Positions 21,229 through 31,003 of a stretch of DNA of 64,000 nucleotides are shown here, piece after piece. Origin of the DNA: Lysobacterales bacterium (GTDB lineage Bacteria > Pseudomonadota > Gammaproteobacteria > Xanthomonadales > Marinicellaceae); the NCBI GenBank assembly GCA_027067055.1, contig JAMOMK010000104.1, positions 59,572-123,571 of the forward strand. Direction: 5' to 3'. The position numbers and the translations under genes were made by a program. Under the pieces are notes generated by a model, which saw nothing but the letters and a program-made list of their open reading frames with translations, ran no database searches and was not told the origin of the DNA. Within the stretch, counting starts at the first letter, position 1. Each line of letters opens with the position of its first letter.

Positions 21229-22023
21229 CTATTTCTTTTTGTTTAAAGGCTTTGGTTGTTTACGTGAAAACACCAGTGAATCTTCTTTTGAAACGCTTTC
21301 ATCAAGCTTATAATCTGCATAATCAAAGCCTTTTAATTCTTCGACTGTTTCGATGCTATTACGGATGATGAAATCCGTCATCATGCCACGGGCTTTTTTA
21401 GCGTAGATGGCGATGATGCGGCTTTTGCCTTCTTTGTTTTCTTTAAAAGCGACATTAACAATCGTACCATTGATGGCTTTTGGTTTAATTGATTTGTAGT
21501 ATTCGTTTGAGGCCAAATTAACCAGAACTTTTTGTTTTTGTTTGGCTAGTGCTTGGTTTAATAATTCGGTAATACTATCACCCCAAAATTGGTAGAGGTT
21601 ATCACCTCTATTGGATGGTAACTTCGTTTTCATTTCTAAACGGTAGGGTTGCATTAAATCCAGTGGGCGCAGACAACCATAAAGACCTGATAATATCCTC
21701 ACATGCTCTTGTGCATATTCAAAATCAGCCTGGTTCATGCTCGCAGTGTTAATGCCTGAATACACATCGCCTTTAAAAGCAAAGAAGGCTTGCTTAGCAT
21801 TTTGTGGATTAAAAGGTGTGGTAAAATCCAGATAACGCTGATGGTTGAGTTTTGATAGATTTTCACTAATCGACATCATCTTAGCTATTTCATCTTGTGA
21901 ATAGTTTCTAAGTTGAGCAATTAATTCTCCTGAATCTTTTAATTGTTGCGGAATTGTGTAAGTCTGCGTTGGTGCCGCTTGTTCGAAATCTTGTCCTTTT
22001 GAGGGTGAAAGTGTAATTATCAT
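21229..22023 (-). CDS. yaaA: Peroxide stress protein YaaA (UPF0246)
   Basis: MIITLSPSKGQDF.. N-terminus and overall YaaA pattern. Confidence 0.8.
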   Translation of the reverse strand: MIITLSPSKGQDFEQAAPTQTYTIPQQLKDSGELIAQLRNYSQDEIAKMMSISENLSKLNHQRYLDFTTPFNPQNAKQAFFAFKGDVYSGINTASMNQADFEYAQEHVRILSGLYGCLRPLDLMQPYRLEMKTKLPSNRGDNLYQFWGDSITELLNQALAKQKQKVLVNLASNEYYKSIKPKAINGTIVNVAFKENKEGKSRIIAIYAKKARGMMTDFIIRNSIETVEELKGFDYADYKLDESVSKEDSLVFSRKQPKPLNKKK

Positions 22024-22122
22024 TAGTATGTAATTTTAGTAAATAGGGGTAATATTAACCATTAACTAGCAGAGAAACAAATATTTGCGTAGAATATCAG
22101 TTTTGATTTACAAAATTTGTCA

Positions 22123-23088
22123 ATGAATAACGATTATCTCGAATTTGAACAACCTTTAGCCGAATTAGAAGCCAAAATTTCTGAACTACGCAATGTCAGT
22201 GATGACAATGCGATGAATATTGATGATGAAATTCATCGTTTAGAAGAAAAATTAAAAATTAAAACCAAACAGATATTTGCCAAGTTAAATGATTGGCAAA
22301 TTGCCCAATTAGCAAGACACCCAAAGCGTCCATACACTCAGGACTATATTGATTTATTAACTGAGAGCTTCGATGAGTTACATGGTGATCGAGCCTTTGC
22401 TGATGATCCTGCTATTATTGGTGGGTTGGCTCAATTTAATGGCAAAGCAGTGATGATTATTGGCCATCAAAAAGGACGTTCAACTAAAGAAAAAATCAAG
22501 CGCAATTTTGGAATGCCACGACCTGAAGGCTATCGCAAAGCTTTGCGTCTAATGAAAATGGCAGAGCGTTTTAATATCCCTATTCTCACCTTTATTGACA
22601 CCCCAGGTGCTCATCCAGGTATTAGTGCTGAAGAACGCGGTCAAAATGATGCTATTGCACGCAATTTAGCCACCATGTCAGACTTACGTGTTCCAATCAT
22701 CTGCACTGTTATTGGCGAAGGTGGTTCCGGCGGTGCTTTGGCTATTGGTGTGGGTGATGTCACCATGATGCTCGAATATAGTACCTATTCAGTTATTTCA
22801 CCAGAGGGTTGTGCTTCAATTCTTTGGCGTACGGCTGAAAAGGCTCATGTAGCTGCTGAGGCTTTATCTATTACTTCTAAAAAATTAAAAAAACTGGGCT
22901 TAATAGACCGAATCATTGAAGAACCACTGGGTTCTGCCCATAAAAATATCGAGAAAGTAGCAGGTTCACTTGCTGTTGCCATTGCTCAAGAACTGGACAA
23001 GCTTGAACAAATGAACACTGATGAAATGGTTAAAAGGCGTTACCAACGTCTCATGAGTTATGGCGTATATCAAGAAGCTCAAGCTTAA
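22123..23088 (+). CDS. accA: Acetyl-CoA carboxylase carboxyltransferase alpha subunit
   Basis: [14 protein letters not shown]...FIDTPGA.PG..AEERGQ. A TTG at 22117 is an alternative start. Confidence 0.9.
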   Translation: MNNDYLEFEQPLAELEAKISELRNVSDDNAMNIDDEIHRLEEKLKIKTKQIFAKLNDWQIAQLARHPKRPYTQDYIDLLTESFDELHGDRAFADDPAIIGGLAQFNGKAVMIIGHQKGRSTKEKIKRNFGMPRPEGYRKALRLMKMAERFNIPILTFIDTPGAHPGISAEERGQNDAIARNLATMSDLRVPIICTVIGEGGSGGALAIGVGDVTMMLEYSTYSVISPEGCASILWRTAEKAHVAAEALSITSKKLKKLGLIDRIIEEPLGSAHKNIEKVAGSLAVAIAQELDKLEQMNTDEMVKRRYQRLMSYGVYQEAQA

Positions 23089-24301
23089 GACTCTAATTGC
23101 AGACCTTCCTGACTGCGAAGGCTATTTGATTGCTTATAGCGGCGGTGCTGATTCCACTGCCCTTTTGCACCTCTTTTCACAATTGAAAAATGTTCGAGCT
23201 ATTCACATCAATCATGGTTTACAAGATGAGGCTGATAATTGGCAAAGTCACTGCCAAACAACGTGTGAGAAACTCGGTATTGAATTAATTGTGGAACAAG
23301 CCAACCTAGCTGATGCCAGTGAAAACAGTTGCCGCAAAGCACGTTATGAGTTTTTCAAAAAGCACCTTAAAGCCAACGAGACTCTACTCACGGCTCATCA
23401 CACACAAGACCAAGCGGAAACAGTTTTACTGAAATTACTACGTGGCACAGGCATAGGTGGTTTAACAGGCATGGATAAACTGCGAAAGTTTTTCAATGGT
23501 TTTATAGCTCGCCCCTTGCTTGCCTATTGCCCACAGCAACTCAAAGATTACCTAAAAACAAACAATATTTCTTGGATTGAAGATACCTCAAACAAAGAGA
23601 ATTCGTACAGAAGGAATTACATCCGTAATGAAATCCTTTCAGCCTTGCAATCACACTTCCCAAATGCCATTAACAACATTGCGCGAAGTGCTAACAATGC
23701 CTCTCAATCATTGGCATTACTCAATTACTTGTGTGACTTTCAAACAAAAGAATTACCGCTTATAAGACTTCATGAGCTTCCAATTGATTTACAACCAAGT
23801 TTATTCTACCAATGGTTAAATCAAAAGGGCATGCCACTACCTGACACAAAAACTCTCAAGCAAATCACTTATGATTTCATCCATGCTGCACAGGATAAAA
23901 ACCCCCATTACAAGAATGAGTTTTACCAATTATTTCGTTCACAAGCTGCGGTATATTGTATTGACAACTTTGATATTATAGACTCAGGAACAACTTTTAT
24001 TTGGGACACTGACATTCCATTTACCTTTCCAAATGGATGCGGTGTGTTAACTTACTCTGGTTCAGAAAAGCTGTGTTTAGAAATTAAATTTAACCAAAAA
24101 GGGCAGAAACTCAAACTGCATAATCGCCACACTAAATCAGTCAAAAAGCTATTTCAAGAAAATAGAACTCACCAATGGGATAAATTAAATACTCCTTTCA
24201 TCTATCACAATAATGAATTAACTTCTTTAGGGTATGATTGGTCACATATTCATGGTACAGAGAAAAAAATAAAAATGAGTTTAAAAAACTTAAGCCATTA
24301 A
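23060..24301 (+). CDS. tilS: tRNA(Ile)-lysidine synthetase
   Basis: PP-loop SGGADS. accA-tilS order as in many gammaproteobacteria. Confidence 0.8.
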   Translation: MAYIKKLKLKTLIADLPDCEGYLIAYSGGADSTALLHLFSQLKNVRAIHINHGLQDEADNWQSHCQTTCEKLGIELIVEQANLADASENSCRKARYEFFKKHLKANETLLTAHHTQDQAETVLLKLLRGTGIGGLTGMDKLRKFFNGFIARPLLAYCPQQLKDYLKTNNISWIEDTSNKENSYRRNYIRNEILSALQSHFPNAINNIARSANNASQSLALLNYLCDFQTKELPLIRLHELPIDLQPSLFYQWLNQKGMPLPDTKTLKQITYDFIHAAQDKNPHYKNEFYQLFRSQAAVYCIDNFDIIDSGTTFIWDTDIPFTFPNGCGVLTYSGSEKLCLEIKFNQKGQKLKLHNRHTKSVKKLFQENRTHQWDKLNTPFIYHNNELTSLGYDWSHIHGTEKKIKMSLKNLSH

Positions 24302-24810
24302 AGCTCTTGATTTAACTTATTAATAATATTTTCCAAAGTTTTATCACCATAACCCACTCCGTGGTAGGCAATTGTTCCATCTTTTGCAATCATAAACATA
24401 TTGGGAATAGTTTTTACTCCAAACTTTCTTCCCAACGACCCCATTGGATCACTTAACATGGTAAGACTGATATCTTTGAGCTTATGCCTAATTTGTCGAT
24501 ACAGTTTTCTGTCTTGTTTGTAATTAACGGCTATAATCTGTATTTTATTACCAAGTTTCTTTTGAATACCATCTAAAACAGGCAACTCTCGAAGACAAGG
24601 CTTGCACCATGATGCCCAAAAGAAAACTATAACCACCTTCCCTTTCAAATCGTTTAAATCAATTTTTTCTCTGCCACTAGTTTTACCTAAATAATGTGGA
24701 GGTGTATCACCAACCATCAACTCTATTACTTTTTTCTTTGCTTCAACTCCAAAAGAGAATGTAATTAACAAGAACAAAGACATTACTAGATTCAATATAT
24801 TAGTATTCAT
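24298..24810 (-). CDS. TlpA/ResA-like periplasmic thiol:disulfide oxidoreductase
   Basis: Signal/TM N-terminus and a WASWCKPC thioredoxin active site. Confidence 0.75.
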   Translation of the reverse strand: MNTNILNLVMSLFLLITFSFGVEAKKKVIELMVGDTPPHYLGKTSGREKIDLNDLKGKVVIVFFWASWCKPCLRELPVLDGIQKKLGNKIQIIAVNYKQDRKLYRQIRHKLKDISLTMLSDPMGSLGRKFGVKTIPNMFMIAKDGTIAYHGVGYGDKTLENIINKLNQEL

Positions 24811-25340
24811 TTCGACTTCCTCTTCTTTAAGTATTCAATAACAACATTCTTCTTTTCATAGCTATCCAACCACACTTTGAATGCACTTATCTTACTAAAT
24901 TCGTCCCCAAAGAGATTTTTAACTCTTTTTTCTATTTTCTCATCAATAATATTAACCACTAGATTATTTTGCCAGCGGTCAGAAAATATATCATCCAATT
25001 GTTGCTGTAAATCCAATTGACGCAATAATTGCCATTCTCCAGAGTCAATCCATACCTCATAACATCTGTAGCATAAGTCCAGACGATTGTGCGTATGGTT
25101 TGAGATTCTGTATTTTGTCATAAAGCCAGAACATTTTGGACAGTACAATAACTGACTAGTCTCATCAATCTCACAAATGGCATTAACGATATTATCAGAG
25201 ATTTTCTGGGTTGCTCGCCATTGAATGAATTGAACAATTGACAGCAAGGTTCCGCGGCAATTGTCACAACTCAATGCCATCAATCCATTGTCTAGTTTTT
25301 GGGGCTTTAAATAATAACCTTCACATTTAGGGCAATTCAT
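24807..25340 (-). CDS. Double zinc-ribbon protein (CPKC...CDNC and CPKC...CYRC), hypothetical
   Basis: Two CxxC...CxxC units. Its stop overlaps the downstream thioredoxin start by 4 nt. Confidence 0.45.
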   Translation of the reverse strand: MNCPKCEGYYLKPQKLDNGLMALSCDNCRGTLLSIVQFIQWRATQKISDNIVNAICEIDETSQLLYCPKCSGFMTKYRISNHTHNRLDLCYRCYEVWIDSGEWQLLRQLDLQQQLDDIFSDRWQNNLVVNIIDEKIEKRVKNLFGDEFSKISAFKVWLDSYEKKNVVIEYLKKRKSK

Positions 25341-25560
25341 AATTCCTCTTAAATTTACAATTAGTTAATCGTTTAATATAGTTCTTGAATAAAGACATCT
25401 AATGTATCACATGCTGCTTGCGGATCAGGATACCCATTTTTCTTCATATTATCGAGCTCCTGCATTACAGTAATTAGTTTATATTTATTACTATTTTTGT
25501 TTATAGCTCCTGCTTTTATAATATAATTCTCAATTTCTTTCTCTTTCAATTTAATATCTC

Positions 25561-25659
25561 TTATATTTGTACAAATTGATGAAGAAGAGGAGATAGATTA
25601 TATTCAAAATAGTAATAACCCGCTGCACCAAGTATTCCTATGATAATTAGATTTTTCAT
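25561..25659 (-). CDS. 32-aa hydrophobic micropeptide (MKNLIIIGILGAAGYYYFEYNLSPLLHQFVQI). Its ATG overlaps the TGA stop of the giant ATPase gene (ATGA).
   Basis: Hand translation. Not in the ORF track (under 60 aa). Single predicted TM helix. Confidence 0.3.
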   Translation of the reverse strand: MKNLIIIGILGAAGYYYFEYNLSPLLHQFVQI

Positions 25660-28600
25660 AGTTTTTTACTCTTCGTTGTTTTTTTAATAATAGTTTGAAC
25701 AGATTTTGTAGAGCTCAAATCATTGAGCTGTTTACTCAGTTTAGTGACTTCTTCTAAGACTTCCATGTTGATTTCCAATTTTTTATTCATGGCTACAACA
25801 ATGGGGACAAAAGAGTTTGTCATGGTTTCTGAAAGTGATGTGAGAGCATCACCTAGTGCTGGTAGTGGGTTGTTGATTACTTCAACATCAAGATTAAGTT
25901 TGCCAATGGCAGAGGTGATCGCTTTGACTTGTGAGCTTGTCGCTGTTTTCGACTGAGCTTTGTCCTCTCGAATAGATGACGATAAATTATCTAGGTTTTC
26001 TTTCAAGCCTGAGATTTGTGAGGCAATTTTAGTCGCCCCATCTTCATCACCAGCTACAGAATTACGAATTTTGAATTCTGTTTTTATCTGAGACCATCGC
26101 TTGGCTTCACTTTCGGTTAACACTCCACGAAGTTCTTTTAGTTTGAGTAAGTTTTCCTCTGCTCCTGTGGTTAACAATTGGGCTTCACCGACATAATGAT
26201 CATCAATCAATAGCTGTAGTTCTTTTTCATCCATAATGGCAACAATTTTTTCTGCCAACTTATTCATATTTCGGTAGGAACCTTGTAATTTAAACGAGGG
26301 TTCTTCACGGTATTTATCATCCATGGCAGCAGAGCGAATATACTCTTGATTGACCGACAGTATCACTTTTTGCACTTTGAATAAGGCTTTTAGCACGGTG
26401 GTTATTTCATTGATTTCACTGCCAGAATAACTGTAAGATAAATCCGAAGTAGCAACTTCTTTGCCTTGGGCTTTATCCATCAGCAAATACAAGTCATTCA
26501 TGTCACGCAATGCCAAAGGTGCGAGGACTTTGTTTGAAGTCAATGAGTTCTCGATATAACTCATGGAGAATATCTCTTGTTGGCCACTTAACACATCACC
26601 CAAATTATAGACATCGGCACGATTGGCTAACATGTCAGGAATTTTGAACACTTCTCCTGATTCGGTGTAAGGGTTTCCTGCCATAATGACACAGAATTTC
26701 TTGCCACGAAGGTCATAAGTCTTAGGCTCATTTCGCCAAACACCTTCAATCCTGCGTGTACCATCACATAATGAGATGAATTTCTGTAAAAATTCAGGGT
26801 GAGTGTGTTGAATATCATCCAAATACAACATGGCGTTGTTGCCCATTTCTAAAGCGAGATTAAGTTTTTCAAGCTCTTGTTTTGCCGTAGCATTGGGTGC
26901 ACCAGCTGGATCCAGTGATTTAACATCGTGTCCAAGTGACGGGCAGTTAATCTTCATAAAGTTCAAGCCCAAACGATTAGAAACGTATTCCATCAAGGTG
27001 GTTTTACCGTAACCTGGAGGTGAAATTAACATTAATAACCCCATTAAATCAGTGCGTTTTTCTGCACCTAACGCACCCATTTGTTTGGCTAAATTGTCAC
27101 CAATAATAGGTAAGTAAGATTCGTTAATCAGTTTATTTCGCACAAAGGATGACAAAGGTCGTGCTTTGAATGATTGTAAATTCATCGTAGCTTTTTGTGA
27201 TTCCATAATTGAGGTTTTCACTTTTTTGAATTCATTATAAGCTGGCACAGTATCCTTGCTGTAATGGCTTAATCTTTCTATAAATTCATCCACTTCAAAA
27301 GCAATGATTCTATCATTAATATTATTGTGATCACCTAATAAATTGTTGGCTTCACAGTGCATGTCCTTGGGGTTTTTACTAAAAGAATCGCTTGATTGCA
27401 TCACTATATTGACGATAGCTTCATTCAAATAGCGTTTGTTTTGTGGTTGTTGAGATTGTTCAATCAAACCTGATAACCAATAGCCAATATACTGCCACTG
27501 GCCTTTGGGTGAATCCTTAAGTTCTACTAATGTCGCGTTAAAATCATTGCTTTCAGTGCTGGTTTTGAAAAAGGTATGCAGTTGTTCTACTAAATCTGCC
27601 GCTTTGTGCGACACATCGAATTGCTTCTTATCAACGCTTAAGAAATTAATTAAATAATCTGCTGAGTTAAACAATAAACCTTCATCAAATTCCATTTCAA
27701 ATTGCTGATAAAATTTATGCATGTTTATTTGCAATTCTGCTTTTAAATCTTTAAGCATCTGTACGCCACCAAAAGCCTGTTGTATTTTGTTAGCAGTTTT
27801 GGCTTGTTTGCTAGTAAGTTTTTTAAATTTTTCATCTCCAACATTGAGCCAATAATAACTGGCAATACCTCGAGCTGATGGGCTAAACCGCAATAAAGGC
27901 TGGGTTTTGTATTTGTCTAAAAGACTGCTCAAAATCATTGTTGCATCGTTATCGTGCACGCCTTTTTCATAACCTTCCTGATAACGAGGTGAGGCATAGT
28001 CCTTAACGATTTTTGTAAGTGCTTTGTCGCTTTCAAATAGTTTCTCTAGACTCAAATCATTGTTATTTTCTAAGGCATCGGTAAAGATGGAATAAGCCAG
28101 ATATTCAGCTCGGTAAATATCGCTATTTTCTGAAACCAAGGTTTGTTGCCAAAATTCACTCAAGTTATTTAGTAAATCATTTTCTACAGTCTCGTAATAT
28201 TCCGTGCCCGATAAATGAAAGGCAAGTTTGCCATCTTTGGGCAAGATGGTTAAATCCAATGCTTGAGTATTGACACTAAATTTGTGTTTACCAAACTTAA
28301 TGGCATTACCACCATCTTCAAAGATGTCTTTTTTATCACGCAGTGATCGTATTGCTTGCTCTTTTAAGGCTTTGAGTTTGGCTTCGACATCATCGGCTTT
28401 GACATTATCATTTATATCACGTAGCTTTAAAACTAAATCGCCGACTTTCATCACCGTTGGATCGGATGAAAAATAGGTGTTGAGCTCGTCATTTTCACTA
28501 AATTTTAGGCTGCGTTTTTCTATGCTCTTTAATATTCGTGTTACGGCTGTTTGCAGTGATTGGGCTTTGCGTTGCCTTTGATCTAGCAGGGTTTGCTTGC

Positions 28601-30884
28601 GTGCTTCAAAGGTTTCGTGAATCTCATCTCGCTTGGCATAGATTTGATCTAAAAACTCATCATTTTCACTAAAGATACTTTCCAATTCTTCCAGTTGCAC
28701 TAGCAATCGCGCGAGTTGTTCGTCACAGGCATCGGGTGTGTCGGCATTGGACACTCCGTTAGAAATGCTTTGCGATAAAACCGCAAGTTGAGCACCAAAC
28801 TCAGCAACTGACTCACCAGCGGACAATTCCTTGCTGGTTAATTTGGCATGGGCTTTGGTTTGGTTAATACGACTGTAAATTGTTGAAACGGATTGTAAAA
28901 TTTTCGTTTTAACCGTTGTGTCATCAATTTCTAAACCATTAATCACTTCACTCAAGGCATCTAAGCCATGGCTCATTTCATCAAGTTGTTCTAAAATAGG
29001 CTTTAGGTCTTTAACAGTTTTAATTTTTTCTATACTTTCGTGAACTTCATCCACAACATTACTGTAATAGCCCATCGAATTTTCTTGCGACAAGAACTCA
29101 ACAGTCCGTTTACCCAATTCATCTATTTCTTTATCCACTTTGGCTGAAATAGTATCCAACTTATCTAAATTGATATACCGGTAATCTTTGAGGGAAAGCA
29201 AATGGCCTTTCTGGCGCTTAAGTTTTAACAGTCCATCGACAAATGGAGCTGGTGTATCCCAGTTAGAAATAGCTATTTCTTTGAGTAAAACTTTGAGTTT
29301 ACTTTGCGCCTCTTTTAAGGCAAGTGATGATTGTTCGCTAATGGCACGAACTTTTTCAAATTCATCCAATACCAGCTCGGATGTATTGCCAATTTCTTTT
29401 AACTGACTGGAAAACTCTCCTATATCATCGTTTTCTAACCAATAATAGCCATCGACTACACGTTGAATATTTTTGATTAAATCTTCATACACCAAGATAC
29501 TGGGTTGTTGTTCGCTTATCATTTTGGTGATGGTGTAAAGCTCTGAAATTCCTTGCACCAACTCAGCATTTCCGATAGTCGCTAAAAAAGTTTTTTCACT
29601 GCTGTTGGCTATGGAATATTCTTCGCTGGTATAAGGTGTTTGCCAAATTTGCATGGGATGAATACGAGTTGGTTCATTGGATTCACTGCGAAAAATTATC
29701 ATCTTGCCATCATCATATAGTGAGTAGCCATGACCAAATATTGGACTGGAGAGTTCCTTACGAATCATGTTGTAAGAAAACAGAGCAAACTTGCCTTCAT
29801 TTTGCTCATAAAACACATAAAGAACATCTTCGCCGTTGGGTGAATTCCATTGGCGTTTAAATTTTAAGCCACTTATCTCTTCGTCAAATATTTTGGATTC
29901 ACCACTTTGTAAATAATAACCTCCAGGGAATATAATACCGTGCTCATTGGGTAAACTGATGCAAGCATAACCAATGGCATCAATGCGTTTGACATCGTGG
30001 TTGCGGGTATTGAAGACGAAATAACGCCATATTTCTTCTTTGTATGGCAGAAACTTCAATAAGATTAAATGACCAACTCGCGCATAGAATATCTCAGCAT
30101 CATCCAAGGATTGATGCGCTTCTTCTACAGACTCACTGTAGATGCCTTCACCATCCTCGGTATTATCCTCAATCTTGATAGTTAAATCACCGCCAACGGT
30201 TTCGACAAAGATTTCATCCATTATTGAAACATGCGGATACTTTCCTTCTATGAAGTTTTCACGCTTGGTAGCAATCCATTCGAAATCGTAAGCTGGCGGC
30301 AATTCCATATCTCGTTCGCCACGGTCATCAATGTACTTGATTTGACCATCTACTGATAAATCCCATCGGAAGACGCGAACATCAGAAATCCTATCGCCAA
30401 TTTGAAAACCAGCGAGTAATTTTTGGTTGTTAATCCTTAATTGTACTAGGTGTGTGTTTTTGTAATAACTGTATAACTCAAAAAATTGTTTCTGGAATAA
30501 GGGATCATCCAAAAAACTGCCACTTATGCTTTCAGGCTTAACATCAAACTTTCCATCTTTTTCCTGTAATGAATATAAGGCAAAGACGTCAGATATCTTG
30601 GTTTCCTTTTTTAAACCGATAAAGACATTGTAACCAAACAGCAATTGTCCATTGATGCGTACTATATCACGAGGGGCGCAATTATTTTCGGTGCGTACAC
30701 GTACACGGTCGATAACCTCAAGCACTGTTTTACCAAACTCTTCTTCGCGTTTTTGATTTAACGATTGAATGCCAGCTTCGAGCTTTTTGTTTTGTTCCTC
30801 AAGACGTTTACGTATGACTTCATATGAGCCACCTTCGGCTACTGCCTTGTTTATTGTATTATTTTTTGTATTCTCTTCTGCCAC
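25656..30884 (-). CDS. Giant (1742 aa) protein with a single MoxR-class AAA+ ATPase module. Family not recognised.
   Basis: Walker A PPGYGKTT. Walker B AMLYLDDIQH. Sensor/MoxR-like CVIMAGNPYTESGEVFKIPDMLANRADV. Coiled-coil N- and C-termini; the N-terminal third is beta-rich. Confidence 0.8.
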   Translation of the reverse strand: MAEENTKNNTINKAVAEGGSYEVIRKRLEEQNKKLEAGIQSLNQKREEEFGKTVLEVIDRVRVRTENNCAPRDIVRINGQLLFGYNVFIGLKKETKISDVFALYSLQEKDGKFDVKPESISGSFLDDPLFQKQFFELYSYYKNTHLVQLRINNQKLLAGFQIGDRISDVRVFRWDLSVDGQIKYIDDRGERDMELPPAYDFEWIATKRENFIEGKYPHVSIMDEIFVETVGGDLTIKIEDNTEDGEGIYSESVEEAHQSLDDAEIFYARVGHLILLKFLPYKEEIWRYFVFNTRNHDVKRIDAIGYACISLPNEHGIIFPGGYYLQSGESKIFDEEISGLKFKRQWNSPNGEDVLYVFYEQNEGKFALFSYNMIRKELSSPIFGHGYSLYDDGKMIIFRSESNEPTRIHPMQIWQTPYTSEEYSIANSSEKTFLATIGNAELVQGISELYTITKMISEQQPSILVYEDLIKNIQRVVDGYYWLENDDIGEFSSQLKEIGNTSELVLDEFEKVRAISEQSSLALKEAQSKLKVLLKEIAISNWDTPAPFVDGLLKLKRQKGHLLSLKDYRYINLDKLDTISAKVDKEIDELGKRTVEFLSQENSMGYYSNVVDEVHESIEKIKTVKDLKPILEQLDEMSHGLDALSEVINGLEIDDTTVKTKILQSVSTIYSRINQTKAHAKLTSKELSAGESVAEFGAQLAVLSQSISNGVSNADTPDACDEQLARLLVQLEELESIFSENDEFLDQIYAKRDEIHETFEARKQTLLDQRQRKAQSLQTAVTRILKSIEKRSLKFSENDELNTYFSSDPTVMKVGDLVLKLRDINDNVKADDVEAKLKALKEQAIRSLRDKKDIFEDGGNAIKFGKHKFSVNTQALDLTILPKDGKLAFHLSGTEYYETVENDLLNNLSEFWQQTLVSENSDIYRAEYLAYSIFTDALENNNDLSLEKLFESDKALTKIVKDYASPRYQEGYEKGVHDNDATMILSSLLDKYKTQPLLRFSPSARGIASYYWLNVGDEKFKKLTSKQAKTANKIQQAFGGVQMLKDLKAELQINMHKFYQQFEMEFDEGLLFNSADYLINFLSVDKKQFDVSHKAADLVEQLHTFFKTSTESNDFNATLVELKDSPKGQWQYIGYWLSGLIEQSQQPQNKRYLNEAIVNIVMQSSDSFSKNPKDMHCEANNLLGDHNNINDRIIAFEVDEFIERLSHYSKDTVPAYNEFKKVKTSIMESQKATMNLQSFKARPLSSFVRNKLINESYLPIIGDNLAKQMGALGAEKRTDLMGLLMLISPPGYGKTTLMEYVSNRLGLNFMKINCPSLGHDVKSLDPAGAPNATAKQELEKLNLALEMGNNAMLYLDDIQHTHPEFLQKFISLCDGTRRIEGVWRNEPKTYDLRGKKFCVIMAGNPYTESGEVFKIPDMLANRADVYNLGDVLSGQQEIFSMSYIENSLTSNKVLAPLALRDMNDLYLLMDKAQGKEVATSDLSYSYSGSEINEITTVLKALFKVQKVILSVNQEYIRSAAMDDKYREEPSFKLQGSYRNMNKLAEKIVAIMDEKELQLLIDDHYVGEAQLLTTGAEENLLKLKELRGVLTESEAKRWSQIKTEFKIRNSVAGDEDGATKIASQISGLKENLDNLSSSIREDKAQSKTATSSQVKAITSAIGKLNLDVEVINNPLPALGDALTSLSETMTNSFVPIVVAMNKKLEINMEVLEEVTKLSKQLNDLSSTKSVQTIIKKTTKSKKL

Positions 30885-31003
30885 GATGATACCTTTTTAA
30901 GATTTTTGATGATGGGCGGAGCCCATCTACGTCGGATTTGGGGTGTTGAACTTAATCAACAAAGCCCCAAATTTCTGTGGACTAAAGTCCACACCCCTTG
31001 GTT

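Noticed and set aside
25380-25470. Possible 30-aa ORF (MQELDNMKKNGYPDPQAACDTLDVFIQELY) in the spacer downstream of the micropeptide
   Set aside because: It has no RBS or coupling and is in an AT-rich spacer. It is probably fortuitous.
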